DNA of 64,000 nt from Felis catus (Eukaryota): the NCBI RefSeq assembly GCF_018350175.1, contig NC_058368.1, positions 166,224,001-166,288,000 on the forward strand, written 5' to 3'. Shown here piece after piece: positions 11,811 through 25,275 of this stretch; the stretch's first letter is position 1, and each line of letters opens with the position of its first letter. Below the pieces are notes generated by a model that had not been told where the DNA came from, did no database searches, and worked only from the letters and a program-made list of their open reading frames with translations. The position numbers were made by a program, and so were the translations under genes.

Positions 11811-13210
11811 AACAAAAATAAGTAAAACGTTGTATATTTGGAAATTAAGAAAAAACAACACTCAACCTATGGTCAAAGAAAAACCACAATGTAAACTAAA
11901 AAATAATTTTGGCTGAAGAATAATAAAAATACAAACACATGCAAGGAAAACTAAAACCATGTTTAAGAGGAAATTTATTTTGGTACATACTTTATGGTTT
12001 ACAAATTAAACCAAAATAGCCAATTGAACCTAGAGAATCTTAAAAAAAGGAAAATTAAAATAAAGAATATAGGAGAAAATAATAAAATCTAAAACAAACA
12101 TAATACAGAGAACATTTACAAAGCCCAAAGTTGGTACTTTGAAAAGAAACAAAATGGGACACTGCTTCAGACCCCACACACATTAAAATTAGGTAATAAG
12201 ATGATATTATGGTGGAATTTATGACTATACATTTGAATATTTAATTAAAATGGATGAATTCTTAAAAAGCACAAGTTACCAAAATTTTTTAATAAAGAAA
12301 TAGAAATTTTGATTAGTTTGATATCTGTTAAATACAACAGATTCAGTACTTACCAAAGGAAAATGAAAACCCAGATAACTTCACCATGAATTCTCAAAAG
12401 GAAGAAACAAACTCAGCTCAAACCTTTTGTAGTTCTGGCCACTGGAACTGTGAGAGAACAAACAATGAATCCCTGTTGTTTTAAGCCACCCAATTTGTGG
12501 TAATTTGTTATTCCAACCCTAGAAAACAAATATAGAAGCAACATTGTCTATCTTTATTTAGGCTGCAGTTACTTAAATGTTTCTTTGATTTTTGTTTTTC
12601 TCTCTCTCATGTGAAGTGTTATGTTTCAATGAAAAGAGGAACAATTAATAATTTAAACCATAAAAATATTAAATGAAAGCATGGGACATTATTATTATCA
12701 TAGTCTCAGAGCAAGGAAAGTTTTTCTAAGCAAGATACACAATGGAAAAAATTGCCATAAATGTAATTGATAATTTTGATGATATATTTTAAGGTTTTCA
12801 TTTCTTAAGATACCAAAAAGCCCAAAGTCAAACAATAAACCAGGAAAACATATTTGCAACATGTCTGCAACACACATGCACATACGCACACATGCACACA
12901 CATACATAACAACTATAGACCCTTTAAAAAATGTTAAAGCCTTCGTATAAACAAATTGACAAATATGTGAAAAACACGCTCAACATACTTATGATTAAGA
13001 CATGCATGTTAGAAGTCTAGTAAAGATATTTATACCTATCAGCTTAATTAATATCTATCCTAACAAGAGCTGGGAATGAATTATTCTCACCTATTTTGGG
13101 CTGGAATATTAATTACTTTAAACTTTATGCAGGATAACTTGGTAATGTCCTTCAAAATTAAAATAACATATACCCATTGAGTCAGTGATTCCTTTTCTAT
13201 GAATTTAGTC
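11811..13210 (+). mobile_element. Old L1 ORF2 remnants, continuation of the host L1 left at ~7850
   Basis: 'tatttggaaattaagaaa...ggtcaaagaa', 'aagcccaaagttggtactttgaaaag', 'aacatatacccattgagtcagtgattcc'. Confidence 0.7.
12422..12535 (+). mobile_element. MaLR (MLT1) LTR 3' fragment
   Basis: 'gaactgtgagag...tgttgttttaagccacccaatttgtggtaatttgtta...ccctagaaaacaaata' is a typical MLT1 end. Confidence 0.85.
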
Positions 13211-14154
13211 TTTATTCCCAACTGGACTCTGAACTAAACAATATCCTTCACTACCTTATGAATGTTTTCTGTGTGCATACAATATTTTTTTAATTGCTAA
13301 ATATATATTTTAAGTTACAAAATTTAAATACTCAAATGAAGGATCCAGATATTAACTTTATTTTAGAGTAATAATTATTTCCTAGCAATTACAAATAAAT
13401 AATGTACACTTATTAAATACTCCTAATACTTTATTTGATAAGGTGATGATTTTAGCATAGTGTTTATTGAAAGGCTTTACAAAATTGCAAAGTATTTGAC
13501 AATAAAATATTTTTCTTCTCAGAGAATGTAAGATACATGACAAAAAGAAAAAAATTGTAATAAGTGTATTTATAGGTAATTTAAGTATTTTACAAGCACA
13601 AGTGAAATAAAATCTTAAAAGCTATATCATGAAATACCTAGCCACAATTTCCAGAATCATAGACAAACCTGAAAAATAGGTCATATATTTATCTACAAAA
13701 ATGATTACCATCAAGTAGTTTTAAAAAAATTTACAAATGGATTCAAACTTAACATACATTATAACTTTCCCAATTGAAGCAATTTATCTAAGAATTTGAA
13801 ACATACTCTAAGCTGTATAATGTATTTTAAATAGTTTCCATTAAAGGAATGTTTCTGCTATATTAAATTAATAATGTAAAAGGGGTCCCATAACTCACAA
13901 TGGTTGCATATTTTCTTTCAAAATTCATTAGGAGCTCATTAACTTTTTTCCTATGTAAATAATACAGATATTGTAAGTCCCAAATACAAAGCATATTTGG
14001 CTCAACAGGGAGCTATATAAACCTTAAAAGAATATTCAATCTTTATTCAATCACCAATCTCTAATATCTGAGTATTAAGCAGTTACACTGGAGGCCACCG
14101 TAGAAATGCCTCACAAAGCCTAGATGCCTGCCCCTGACCTGGGATCTCAAAAAA

Positions 14155-14334
14155 GTAATTTTCAACCTTGGATTCACATTAGACCCATCTTAGGAGAAAT
14201 TTTCTTTTTAAATTCAATAGTCAGCCTTAATTCCAGACTAATTAAATCAGAGTCTGTGGAGCAAAAATGAGGCATCAGCATAAAAAAAAATCCTTTTTGA
14301 TTCCAATGTGCAATTAAGTTGGAGAGTAACAACT
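14155..14334. mobile_element. MER5-like hAT-Charlie MITE
   Basis: 'ttttcaaccttggattcacattaga...ccagactaattaaatcagagtct...tgattccaatgtgca'. Confidence 0.75.
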
Positions 14335-14697
14335 CTAAAAGCCATTTTTATTTTACACAAACCTTTCCTCGCTTGCAGAAACCATCATTATTCTAAATAT
14401 GAGTATCTTTTTTTTCATTGATTTTCATAGAAACAGAAACTCCCAGGTGTGATGATACAGTACATATTTGTAGGGACAGGTCATGTTTATTTGAGTATTT
14501 TGAGTCAATTGTACCTGTAGGTCAATAGCTACATTTCTTTACCTGTCTCTATTGCCCTTATTGGCTTTCTCCAAATGTAATCTAGAATGTAAATGAGTAA
14601 GTATTAATCCACTCAGTTTAATGTAGTTGATACCACTCTGAAGCGCAGGACTGTTTGTTCTGCATATGTGCTTAGACAATTTCTAGTCAGCCTGTGG

Positions 14698-14834
14698 GAA
14701 AAAAAAGGAGAAAAGGAAGGAAGGAAGAAAAAAAGGATGGAAGGAAGGAAAGTGGAAGGAAGGAAGGGAGGGAGGGAACAAGGAGGAAAAAGGGAAAAAA
14801 GAAAGAGAAAAAGAGAAAGAAGGTAGAGGAAGAA
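14698..14834. repeat. Purine-rich (GGAA/GA) low-complexity tract
   Basis: Direct reading. Confidence 0.9.
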
Positions 14835-15252
14835 CCTTAAGGTCTTTATTGAATGGAAATTAATAACAAGAGGAAGAGCTCCTTAAAAAATTGTGAGTGT
14901 GAAAAGACAAGTCGTAGCTATCAATTGTAAGCATTCTAGAAAATATTTTAGTCTGTCTGTACTCTTTCCTGCAACTTTGACTTTTCCTCCAATCTAGACA
15001 ATATCAATGTAACTATCAAACAAGTTTCATGCTTATTTCCTCCTAGAAATAAAGAGGAATCTTTGCTGAACAATTGTCTGACAATGGTATATTTGTGATC
15101 ATCTTTACAAAATATGAACACAGGCACATGGAGAGGGGAACTCAAACTCCAGGTAAGATACATAGTAAATTGATTTTAATTATTTTTGCCGCAGATGATG
15201 GAGAAACTGAACTCAATTTGCTAGTGTCAGGCTATTGGCTCCCGTAAACAAG

Positions 15253-15789
15253 TGTCAAAGATAAACAAAGCTGGACACTAGTTAAAGCGGTAAAGACAGA
15301 TTTTAATCAGTGATGTGTTATTGCAGTAGGGAAAAGAGCCTAGCATTAACTGGACTGAACTTCAGTTTGTGCCAGTGTGACCGGGATTCCTAAAGGGAGA
15401 ATGCAGGAATAGGAAGGGGAGTAAGCGGCGCTCGGTGGAGTCCGGGGAGTGAAAAGTTCTAAGAAGCAAGTGTGGAATAGGTCTGTGTGAAATATATCCA
15501 CATTTACTAACTAGTGCTTCTGGAAGCTAGGCTCCTACCATCCCACAAATACTGTGAGATAGGGCTCCTATCTTCAGGTGTTGATTGGAGCAAATAGTAA
15601 ATTCATTTGGCAGCCCTGTGTTTTCTGAAAGACATTTTAAGGGATACTAAGGTCATCCGAGGGATATAACCTTGACGTATTAGAAACCATTCGTGTTTGT
15701 TCAAGTCGTTATAGACCAAGGTTGAGGCCTGGTCAAGAAAGGGCTCAGAGGAAGCTGGCTAGAGTTTGGTCAGAAGAGAATCTTCGTCT
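15253..15789 (-). mobile_element. ERV1 solo LTR (MER67/MER31-like)
   Basis: Minus strand starts 'agacgaagattctcttctgaccaaactctagccagcttcctctgagccc' and ends 'gtccagctttgtttatctttgaca'. 4-bp flanks caag/caaa. Confidence 0.8.
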
Positions 15790-16255
15790 CAAATTAGGAA
15801 AAGAAGTATCACATGGCTGAATCCAGCAACTCCAATGACCTTACCAATATTCCTTCTTCTCTGCCTCACAGCTCTATTTCCTTGTTTTGGCTTCTCCCTT
15901 TAGCAAAATGACTCCTCTTTGTGATTCCCTTAGCATCAAGCTTTTTTGGTCGCTTCAGTAATTCCAGCGCAGAATTTCTGCCTTTCTCTTAATCACTCAA
16001 GCAAATGTTCCAAGAGCTTAACACTGCATGAATCATGTTACTATCTCTGAGCCAAAATCCTCTTGAGTGAGGAATGTGATGTCCTTGTTGATGGAATCTG
16101 TGTCACATTACTAACCCTGGATTCAGAATTGTAATCACTCTACCTAAATTACGTGAGCTCAAGGTAGGTGAGTAGTTGGTCACCAAGAAAACATGTTCTG
16201 TTTTCAAATGAAAGGGGAATAGATGCCTGTCAGCTAATGGAAAACAGCCACCAAA
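15790..16255 (-). mobile_element. Old MaLR (MLT1J/K-like) LTR remnant, interrupted on the left by the ERV1 LTR
   Basis: 'catggctgaatccagcaactccaatga', 'atctctgagccaaaatc', 'aggggaatagatgc'. Confidence 0.55.
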
Positions 16256-16964
16256 CTCAAAAAGTACACGTTCTTATTTTTCTTACTCTTACCTATACCA
16301 CTCAAGAAACACAGATTGCTGTCTGCAAGACCTAATGAGAAACTGGTCAGAAACTTTGCTTCATATGAGAAAGCATTAATTGTTCCAAGGAATTATAACT
16401 AGGCTAGCCATAATTTATAAAAATCGTAATTTATATTTTTTAAAGAATATGAATATAATAATTTTTTTTCTTGTGTAGTGTTCTGTAGTTCCATGATTCA
16501 TATTACCTTTCATTCTTAAACTTAGATTTGAATGGGTATTAGTCTGTAATCTTCACTAATTGCTTTTCTATACTTGAAAAGAAATATTTATAAATGACTA
16601 GGAAATCAAAATCCACATGACATCTGTTATTCACAGCCGGAACATTACTCATTCACTTTTATTGTTCAAAATCATTTACATTTGACGTAAGGACAATTAA
16701 CTACACACATCATGAAAGATAATCACATAATTAAATATTCTTCACAGCACCAGAACACTTTAAAAATATTACTGTAGGAAGTTGGTTCACATTGGGAGGG
16801 CAATTCTAACAAAGCATTACAAAGAGTGACTTTAATTTTTTTAATGCCTTTTTTTTTCCAGATGTGAAAATAAGCTTCATGTTAGAAGGACAATAACTAT
16901 GTTTCCGTAGGTCAAACACCAGTATTTCTTTTTAAATCTTATCTCCTATTATTTCTTAAAGAAA

Positions 16965-17866
16965 TGTTTTTTTGTTTATTTGTTTTTTCCTTAAGTTTTT
17001 TAGATTTTAATTCCAGTGTAGTTAACATACCGTGTGATACTAGTTTCAGGTATACAATATAGTGATTCAACTTTCTATATATTACTAGTGTTCCTCATGA
17101 TAAGTGTACTCTTAAATCCCTATCACCTACTTCACCCATCTCCCCACTCACCTCCCATGTGATAACTATCAGTTTGTTCTGTATAGTTGAGTCTGTTTGT
17201 CTCTCTTTTTCCCCCTTTATTCATTTGCTTTGTTTCCTGAGTTTTTTATATGAGTGGAAGCATATGGTATTTATATTTCTTTGACTACTTTTGCTCAGCA
17301 TTGTATTCTCTAGCTCTATCCATGTTCTTCACATGGCAAGATTATATTATTTCTTATGGATGAATATCTTCTCTATCCATTCATCTATTAATGGACACTT
17401 GGGCTGCTTCCATAATTTGACTATGGTAAATAATGCTGCAATAAACGTAGGGGTGCATATATCCTTTCAAATTAATATTTTTTTGGGTAAACAGCCAGTA
17501 GTGTGATTATAGAATCATAGGGTTGTTCTATTTTTAACTTTTTGAGGAAACTCCATACTCTTTTCCACAGTGGCTGCACCAGTTTGCATTCTCACCAATA
17601 GTGCAAGAGAGTTTCCCTTTCCCCACATCCTCAACAACACCTGTTGTTTCTTGTGTTGTTGATTTTGGCCATTCTGACAGGTGAGAGGGGACATCTCATT
17701 GTAGTTTTGATTTGCATTTCCCTGATGATTTGTGATGTTGCATATATTTTCAGGCGTCTGTTGGCCATCTGAATGTCTTTGTAGAAATGTCTGTTCGTGT
17801 CTTCTGACCACTTAAAAAAAACATTTATTTATTTAGAGAGAAAGAGAGACCAAATGGGGGAGGGGC

Positions 17867-17899
<33 letters not shown>

Positions 17900-19300
17900 A
17901 TCCCAAGCACTAACAGTGCAGAGCCTGATGTTGGGCTCCAACTCACCAAGTGCAAGATCACAGCCTGAGCCAAAATCAGATGTTTAACTGACTGAGCCAC
18001 CCAAGTGCCCCTGCCTATTTTAAATTGTATTATTTGTTTTGGGGGTGTTGAGTTATATCAATTCCTCATGTATTTCAGATAGTAACTCCTTATCAGATAT
18101 GTTATTTGCAAATATCTTCTCCCATTCAGTAGATTGCCTTTCAGTTTTGTTGATTGCTTGCTTCAGTGTGCAGAAGTAGTCCCAATACATTATTTTTGCT
18201 TTTATTTCCCTTGCATCAGGAGACATATCTAGAAAAATTTGCTACTGTTGATGTCGGAGAAACTAACTGCCTATGCTATCTTCTAAGATTTTTATGGTTT
18301 CAGGTCTCACATTTAGGTCTTTAACCCATTTTGAGTTTATTTTTGTGTATGGTGAAAGAAAATGATCCAGTTTCATTCTTTTGCATGTAACTGACCAGTT
18401 TTCCCAACACCATTTGTTGAAGAGACGTCTTTTATCCATTGCATATTCTTGCCTCTTATTGAAGACTAACTGACCATATGATCATGAGATTGTTTCTGGG
18501 CTTTCTGTTCCATTTCATTGATCAGTTTGTCTACTTTTGTGCCAGTGCCATACTGTTGTGATCACTACAGCTTTGTATTTATAGATTGAAATCTGGAATT
18601 GTGATACCTCCAGTTTTGTTTTTCTTTTTCAAGATTGTTTTGACTATTTGGGGTTTGATGGTTCCATTCAAATTTTAGGATTGTTTGTTCCAGTTCTGTG
18701 AAAAATGCTACTGGTATTTTGATAGGGATTGAATTAAACCTGTAGTTTGCTTTGGGTATTATAGACATTTTAACAATATTTGTTCTTCCAATCCACGAGC
18801 ATGGAATACTTTTCATTTGTTTGTGTTTTCATTAATTTCTTTCATCGGTGTTTTATAGTTTTCAGAGTACAGGTCTTTGGTTAAGTTTGCTACCAGGCAT
18901 TTTCTTATTTTTGGTGCAGTTGTAAATGGGATTGCTTTCTGAATTTCTCTATCTGTTGCTTCATTACTAGTGTATAGAAATGCAATAGATTTCTGTACAT
19001 TGATTTTGTATCCTGTGATCTTACTGACTTCTTTTATCGGTTCTGGTACTTTTTTTCTTACAGTCTTTAGGGTTTGCTATACAAAGTATTATGTCATCTG
19101 CAAGTAGTGAAAGCTTTACTTCTTCCTTACCAATGTGGGTATCTGTATTCCTTGTTGTTGTCTGATTGCTATGGCTAAGACTTCCAGTACTGTGTTGAGT
19201 AAAAGTGGTGAGAGTGGACATCCTTGTATTGATCCTGATCTTAGGCAGAAAGCTTTCAGCTTTTCATCACTGAGTATAATATTAGCTGTGGGTTTTCATA
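16965..19300 (-). mobile_element. 5'-truncated carnivore L1 (3' UTR plus ORF2 3' half, frameshifted)
   Basis: ORF 18565-18816 gives [20 protein letters not shown], an L1 ORF2p motif; ORF 19021-19221 gives [17 protein letters not shown], the RT FADD region. T-rich tail at the left end. Confidence 0.95.
17814..18010 (-). mobile_element. CAN-SINE inserted in L1
   Basis: (GA)n tract; ends tgactgagccacccaagtgccc. Confidence 0.93.
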
Positions 19301-19794
19301 GTCTATATTGACAACATGACTCTTAACACCAGCATTGCCACATTTAAACTATATTCCCTGTGGTCTTCAGAGAGAAAGGGCAAAAACTCAGTGAGTTTCA
19401 TTCAAGATCACTAATGATGTTTGGAAACTACAATTAGATCATTTCTTCTCTCTTCTACCATTCCTCCTTCTTTTCTAGTAGTGCTTATTTCCATGATTTT
19501 AATCACATATGACATTATTTTTCCTTGGATCTCTCTTCATTTGTAAAGTGTTAAACAAAATGCCACATCACAATTTAAGTCTAAGAAGTCTCAAATATAG
19601 TTTCCAAAAATCACTAACATCACTAAAAACTTACTTCAAAAGGAAAATATTATTTTTAATCTACCCTTCCTAAACATACTATAAAATAAAGCACAATCAA
19701 AATGTAAAAAGAAACGATGCAAAGATGGAATAAAAGAGTATTCTAAATTATTTTTATCTACCATATGTAAAGACATTTATTGATTCTCACTCGA

Positions 19795-19822
19795 AATAAT
19801 AATAATAATAATAATAATAATA
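19795..19822. repeat. (AAT)n microsatellite
   Basis: Direct reading. Confidence 0.9.
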
Positions 19823-20357
19823 GATTTTAAATGACAAGGAAAAGGAAAAGGCAATGGAAAAGGCAAAACTAAAAACATGGTAAAACATGACAATAATGGA
19901 ATAAACAAGTTTCATTATTTAGAAAATCCTGGTTTTTATATTATTGAGACAATGCATCATACCTCTAATCTTTCTAGTTTTGTGTATTAATTGCAATAAT
20001 TATCATAAGTAAAAATATAATCAACAAATATATGTAAATCAAGAGCAATTTAATCATGGGTTTTGCTCATTAAAAGATTGTAGATGTTTTCAAATCCACC
20101 CGTCAAGAATGCATAGAATGATTTTTTGTTTTGTGTTTTTATCTTTAATTGCCTAGGAAATTTCTGACTCGAATGTTCTTGAGAACATTTAATCGCTCCT
20201 AAAAACTTTTAAAATGACTGTTTTAAACATACTAGTTATATAGATTCATAGCTGTTGAAACTCTTTGGGATGTTAAAGAACTTAGGTATGAATTTCAAAT
20301 TTCAAAAGTCTACAGACAATGGAGTTTTTACATGTGAAACACATATTCATGAAGTTT

Positions 20358-20910
20358 TGAAGCAACAGAACTCTCATTTGTGTTGTTGGGACTGCCAAAT
20401 AGTACAGCCACTGTGTAGACAGTTTAGTAGGTTCTTACAAAACTTACATACTTTTACCATAGTATCCACCCATGGCACTACTTGGTGTTTATTCAAAAAG
20501 ATTGAAACTTATGTCCACACACAAAACCTGTACACGAGTGTTTATAGTAACTTTTTCATAACTGCTAAAACTTGGAAGCTACCAAGATTTACATCAATAG
20601 GCAAACGGAAAATAAACTGTGGTATATTCAAAATGGAATATTATTATAATAATAAAAAGAAATGAGTTATCAAATGATGAAAAGATATCAAGGACCTTTA
20701 TTTTTTTTTATTTTTTTTTTATCAAGGACCTTTAAATGCGTGCTGATAAGTGAAAGAAGCCAATCTGAAGACTGTGTACTGCATGATTCCAACTGTAAGT
20801 TATTCTGGAAAAGGCAAAACTATTAACATGGTAAAAATATTAGGGTAGCCAGAGGTTTGGGGTGAGGTAGAGAGGAATGAATAAGTGGACCACAAAGGGT
20901 TGTTTTTAAA
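20358..20910 (+). mobile_element. L1MC-like ORF2 end and 3' UTR fragment
   Basis: 'aacttatgtccacacacaaaacctgtacac', 'gtgaaagaagccaatctgaag'. ORF 20255-20665 is a degraded ORF2 C-terminus. Confidence 0.85.
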
Positions 20911-20911
20911 G

Positions 20912-21380
20912 ACATACTTTTTTCTGGAGCACTTTAGATTTACAATGAAATTGAAAGTAAGGTACAGAGATTTCTTATATACCACCTGCCTGCACACTCT
21001 CCCATTATCAACATCATTCACAAGAATAGTACTTTTTTTTTTTAACTGAGGATGAACCTACATTGACACATAATTACCCTAAGTCCATAGTTTACTTTAA
21101 GGCTCAGTATTAGTATTGTACATTATGTGAATTTGAAAAATGTATAATGACATATATTAATCATCATAATATTAAACAGAGTATTGTCACTGCCTTAAAC
21201 ATTCTCTGTTCTCTGCCTGGGCCTGTTGCTTTCTGTTTTCAGAGGTTATTAAATATCAACTCAATTTCTTTAGTAACTATAGAACTATTCAGATCTTCTA
21301 CTTCTTCCTGTGTGAGTTTTGACAGATGGGGTCTTTTAAGGTTATCAAATTTGTTAAGCATCTCTATAATTTTCATTGAA
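20912..21380 (-). mobile_element. L1MC-like 3' end joined to an ORF2 fragment
   Basis: 'gatgaacctacattgacacataattaccctaagtccatagtttac' (3' UTR, reverse) followed by 'gggcctgttgctttctgttttcagaggttatt' (ORF2, reverse). Confidence 0.85.
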
Positions 21381-21679
21381 TTTGTCTCTAAGCCTACAAC
21401 AGCACAAAAATTCTATTAATTTTTAAAAGTAAAATTAAGAAACCTTTTTTAAAAAGCATATAGTAGGTTGATATCCCATTATGGATTCATATCCCATTAA
21501 ATCTTCCCTGTTTGGAAATTGTCGAAGAGTCTAGATAAGAATTTCTTATTTGTAATAATATGCTAAAATGGAATTTTTATATGTGAAACACATGTTACAT
21601 GTATTTGCTTGAATCTGGTTTAAAATCCTTTTGCTTTAGCACCAGTTTTTTTTAAATGATTGCTTTGTTACTAGTTTTA

Positions 21680-21900
21680 TCTTTTTATTATTTTTTAATT
21701 TTTTTAATGTTTATTTGTTTTTGAGAGAGACAGAGTGCAAGTGGGGGAGGGCCAGAGACAGACGGAGACACAGAATCTGAAGCAGGCTCCAGGTTTTGAA
21801 CTGTCAGCACAGAGCCCAACACAGGCTCCAACACATGAACTGCAAGATCACAACCTGAGCTGAAGGCAGACGCTCAACCAACTGAATCACCTAGGCACAC
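21680..21900 (-). mobile_element. CAN-SINE
   Basis: T-rich tail; gagacacagaatctgaagcaggctcc body. Confidence 0.93.
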
Positions 21901-22087
21901 TTTTGTTATTATTTTTTAAACTGCACTTAAAAATGAATAAAAATTACTTACTTTTAAAAATATTTCATAATTAACCCATTTGCTAACCTACACATTCTAC
22001 CATAGACAACATTGGTAATTTTGGAACATTTCTGTTTTGGTGGAAGGAAAATAAGTCATCTACTCATAAGGCTGAAATGTATTACAC

Positions 22088-22203
22088 TTTACCACATGTA
22101 TCTTGGTTTTCCTGAGATAGTCTCAAGCTAAGCCTTTTGTCTCAACATCCTCTCCATCCTTTTCAAGTGTGTTTCATTTAGACAATAAATTATATGGTCA
22201 CCA
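22088..22203. mobile_element. hAT-Blackjack MITE (MER81/MER94-like)
   Basis: Ends 'gacaataaattatatggtcacc'. Confidence 0.6.
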
Positions 22204-22467
22204 TCAATAAAAATAAGAGTGACAGTGTGAGATAATATCACTAAGAAAGGTGTTGTCAATGACTCCAAGCTTGTGCTTGAGTCGACACCATGGTAGGATT
22301 TTTATCATAAATAAGTTTTAGCAGATATTATTAGAAACCCTGAGAGGAAGTTTGATTTTAACAAAAAGTATCCTCAAGTAGTGTATTATTTACCAACATT
22401 CCTTATACATTTTTCTAGCTAACATATGGCTTCTAATCTGGTTTCTTATTATCTTATAAAGGGTTTT

Positions 22468-22693
22468 TTTTTCTTATTTTATTTTTTCAACGTTTTATTT
22501 TTATTTTTGGGACAGAGAGAGACAGAGCATGAACGGGGGAGGGGCAGAGAGAGAGGGAGACACAGAATCGGAAACAGGCTCCAGGCTCCGAGCCATCAGC
22601 CCAGAGCCTGACGCGGGGCTCGAACTCACGGACCGTGAGATCGTGACCTGGCTGAAGTCGGACGCTTAACCGACTGCGCCACCCAGGCGCCCC
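22468..22693 (-). mobile_element. Young felid SINE (SINEC_Fc-type)
   Basis: CpGs largely intact. Perfect 16-bp TSD tcttataaagggtttt at 22452-22467 and 22694-22709. Confidence 0.98.
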
Positions 22694-23934
22694 TCTTATA
22701 AAGGGTTTTATGTGAATTCAAACTTGATACTAGGAAATCTTACAAATAGTAATTTGTTATGTTGTACAATCACTAAGTTCTGGATATTAACATGTATATA
22801 TGTAGTGATAGTAGGAATAATTATATGTATTTTCTTAGACTTATTTCCCATTATAATGTTGGGGAACTGTTGAGCATTGACTTACTAATCTAATAATGCT
22901 ATAGCCCCAAATTTCTGGGTCACTATGTGAACCATAGTTTTGCTAAGATAATGGAACTTCTGTTTTTAGATGAGTTTTAGATAAGGATCAATAAGCATGT
23001 AGGCAATTTAATGCAACTATTTGGCTATAAACTGCCTCAGTAGACATATGTTTCTTTAATGCATTCACTTTAATGTGGTAAAAGTAATTCTATTTACATT
23101 CATATGTATTAGTTGCTGTTTTTATTTAGCAACAAATTTTAAGGATTGGGAATACTTTTATTTTGCCCTGGCTTTCCTCCATTCCCTGAACTTGTACCTA
23201 CTTATTCATAAACACACAGGGAAGACAGCAGGCAAACAATGATCCATCCTCAATTAAACATTATACTTTTATATCAAGGATAAAGAGGGTCCAGGGAAAT
23301 TAATCCTTTGCCCTAGGAAGTTTATTAAAAATGCTAAATCAGAAACTGATGGCAGCTTAAATAGCTTGATGTAATTCTCTAGGGGAAATCTTATAAAATC
23401 CTATCTATTAAGGTAGACTTTGTTCAAGAAGAGGCAAAGACCAAATTTTTACAAATTGCATTGTCATCAAACAATGTTGATATTAAATATCAAGTTAAGA
23501 AAGTGAAGAAAATTTGTACACAATAGACATTATAAACTGATAAGAATCTATTTAGTAGTGAGCTTAAATAATTTTTTAACCTAAGAAGAATTTAAATATC
23601 TGAAACTATCTCAGAAAAAAATATAGTTATCAAGATTGAAAAATTGGTGCTTAGTTAAGCATTTACATTTATGCACGATTGGAACATGCATTCTACAAAT
23701 ATATACTGCAAAAATGACACAGATTGAAATGCTTCTACACATTAAGACATGGTCTTAGCTTTAGGACTTATTTGTTAAAGAGTAAGGAGATGGAAAAAAT
23801 GCACCCAATATTTTGATTAATTGAGGTATATGGCAAGTGTCAGAAACTCTGATATGTACAAAAATATATTTTAGGCTGCAATATATGATAAGTATTCCAA
23901 GACTAGTATAAAAAGTCGGTTTTAAAAACTCTAA

Positions 23935-25244
23935 GAGACAATTCCAGATCTGCTCTGATGTGTAAAGATCTTGGAAACAATCACTCTCATATTCACAATA
24001 AGAAACAAACTAAACAATTTCATAGATCCAACAGAACATTGAGGTCACATACCAAACCACTGCCCTGAAAATTGGAGACACATACATATATAGTGAATCA
24101 GAGCTTACAGGGAGCAAGTAATAGGAAGAAACACTTAACCAGTAATTCACAAATGACTGAGAACCTAATGTGGAATGCCTTGAGAATTAAAAACTCCTGG
24201 GGGTCCAATCTTAGGAAAGACCCCTGTACTTTCTTGAGCTCCTGCAGGAGCTCTACCAGGTTCTTTTGCTGAAGGTCCAAGAAAAATTACCTTCTACTTC
24301 CAGTCATGGAGAATTAGAGGGAGAATAACAATTTTGAAATATGCCCAGACCATTATGTTCCCCATAACAAATTGCCCTCAAGAGAAAATACCCTATATAA
24401 AATACTCAGAGCCTTATCCAACTGCAGGGAAGAGGAAATAGACAACTGCAACATCCAGTAGCCTTCAGGTCTCACAAGGGGAAGATTAAGGAAAAAAATA
24501 AAAAGGCTAAGAAATGCCCCTAAAGGTCACGTCCCATAGACAGTGGCATCCCCTCAAAACGGGCAATTAATTACAAAATTATAGAATGCTTCTCTTCCTC
24601 AAAACCTTATAACCAATTCAACAGGGATCTGGTATAGTGACAGTGGGTTATTACTGACAGAGCTTCAAGACAGACTCTATCAAAGAAGGAGTTTCTAGGA
24701 AAAGCCAGGGAAAGAGTAGAGACAAAAATAAGAGCATGGAGGAAATTGAAGCCTCTGACTCTTTCAGCTACAGCAAACATTAAATGCCCCATAAACTCTA
24801 GTCAGATACACATGATTACTTCTCACAAAAAGCCTATTTACCTCAGTTCTTATTTCCTGACACATCATGTTCAGCTTTCAACAAAAAACCACAAGGTAAG
24901 GTAGAAAGGCAAGAAAAACCACAGTCTGAAGAGACAAAAGTGTCCAGAATCAGATGAGGGAGATATTTTGGAATTATCAGATAATAAATTTAAAATGACT
25001 ATGTTTAATATGGTAACGGCACCAGTGAAAAGAACTGGCAGTGTGCAAGAACAGATATGTAATGTAACAAAGAGATGGAAACCCTAAGAAAAAATTGAAA
25101 GCAAATCAAAGACAATAAAAGAATCAAAGAATGCTTTTGATGGATTCATCATTAGACTAAATACAAAGGAAGAAAAAAACCAGTGAGCTTGAAGATATGC
25201 AAATAGGAACTTCCCAAACTGAAAAACAAAGAGAGAAATGGATG

Positions 25245-25275
<31 letters not shown>

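Noticed and set aside
16862..16906. Plus-strand 45-nt exon candidate after ttttttttccag
   Set aside because: Weak donor and no supporting context.
17515..19221. Reverse-transcriptase-like ORFs as a novel RT system
   Set aside because: Frameshifted fragments of ordinary L1 ORF2 in a truncated copy.
20255..20665. Longest ORF (136 aa)
   Set aside because: Degraded L1 ORF2 C-terminal region with a non-ATG start.
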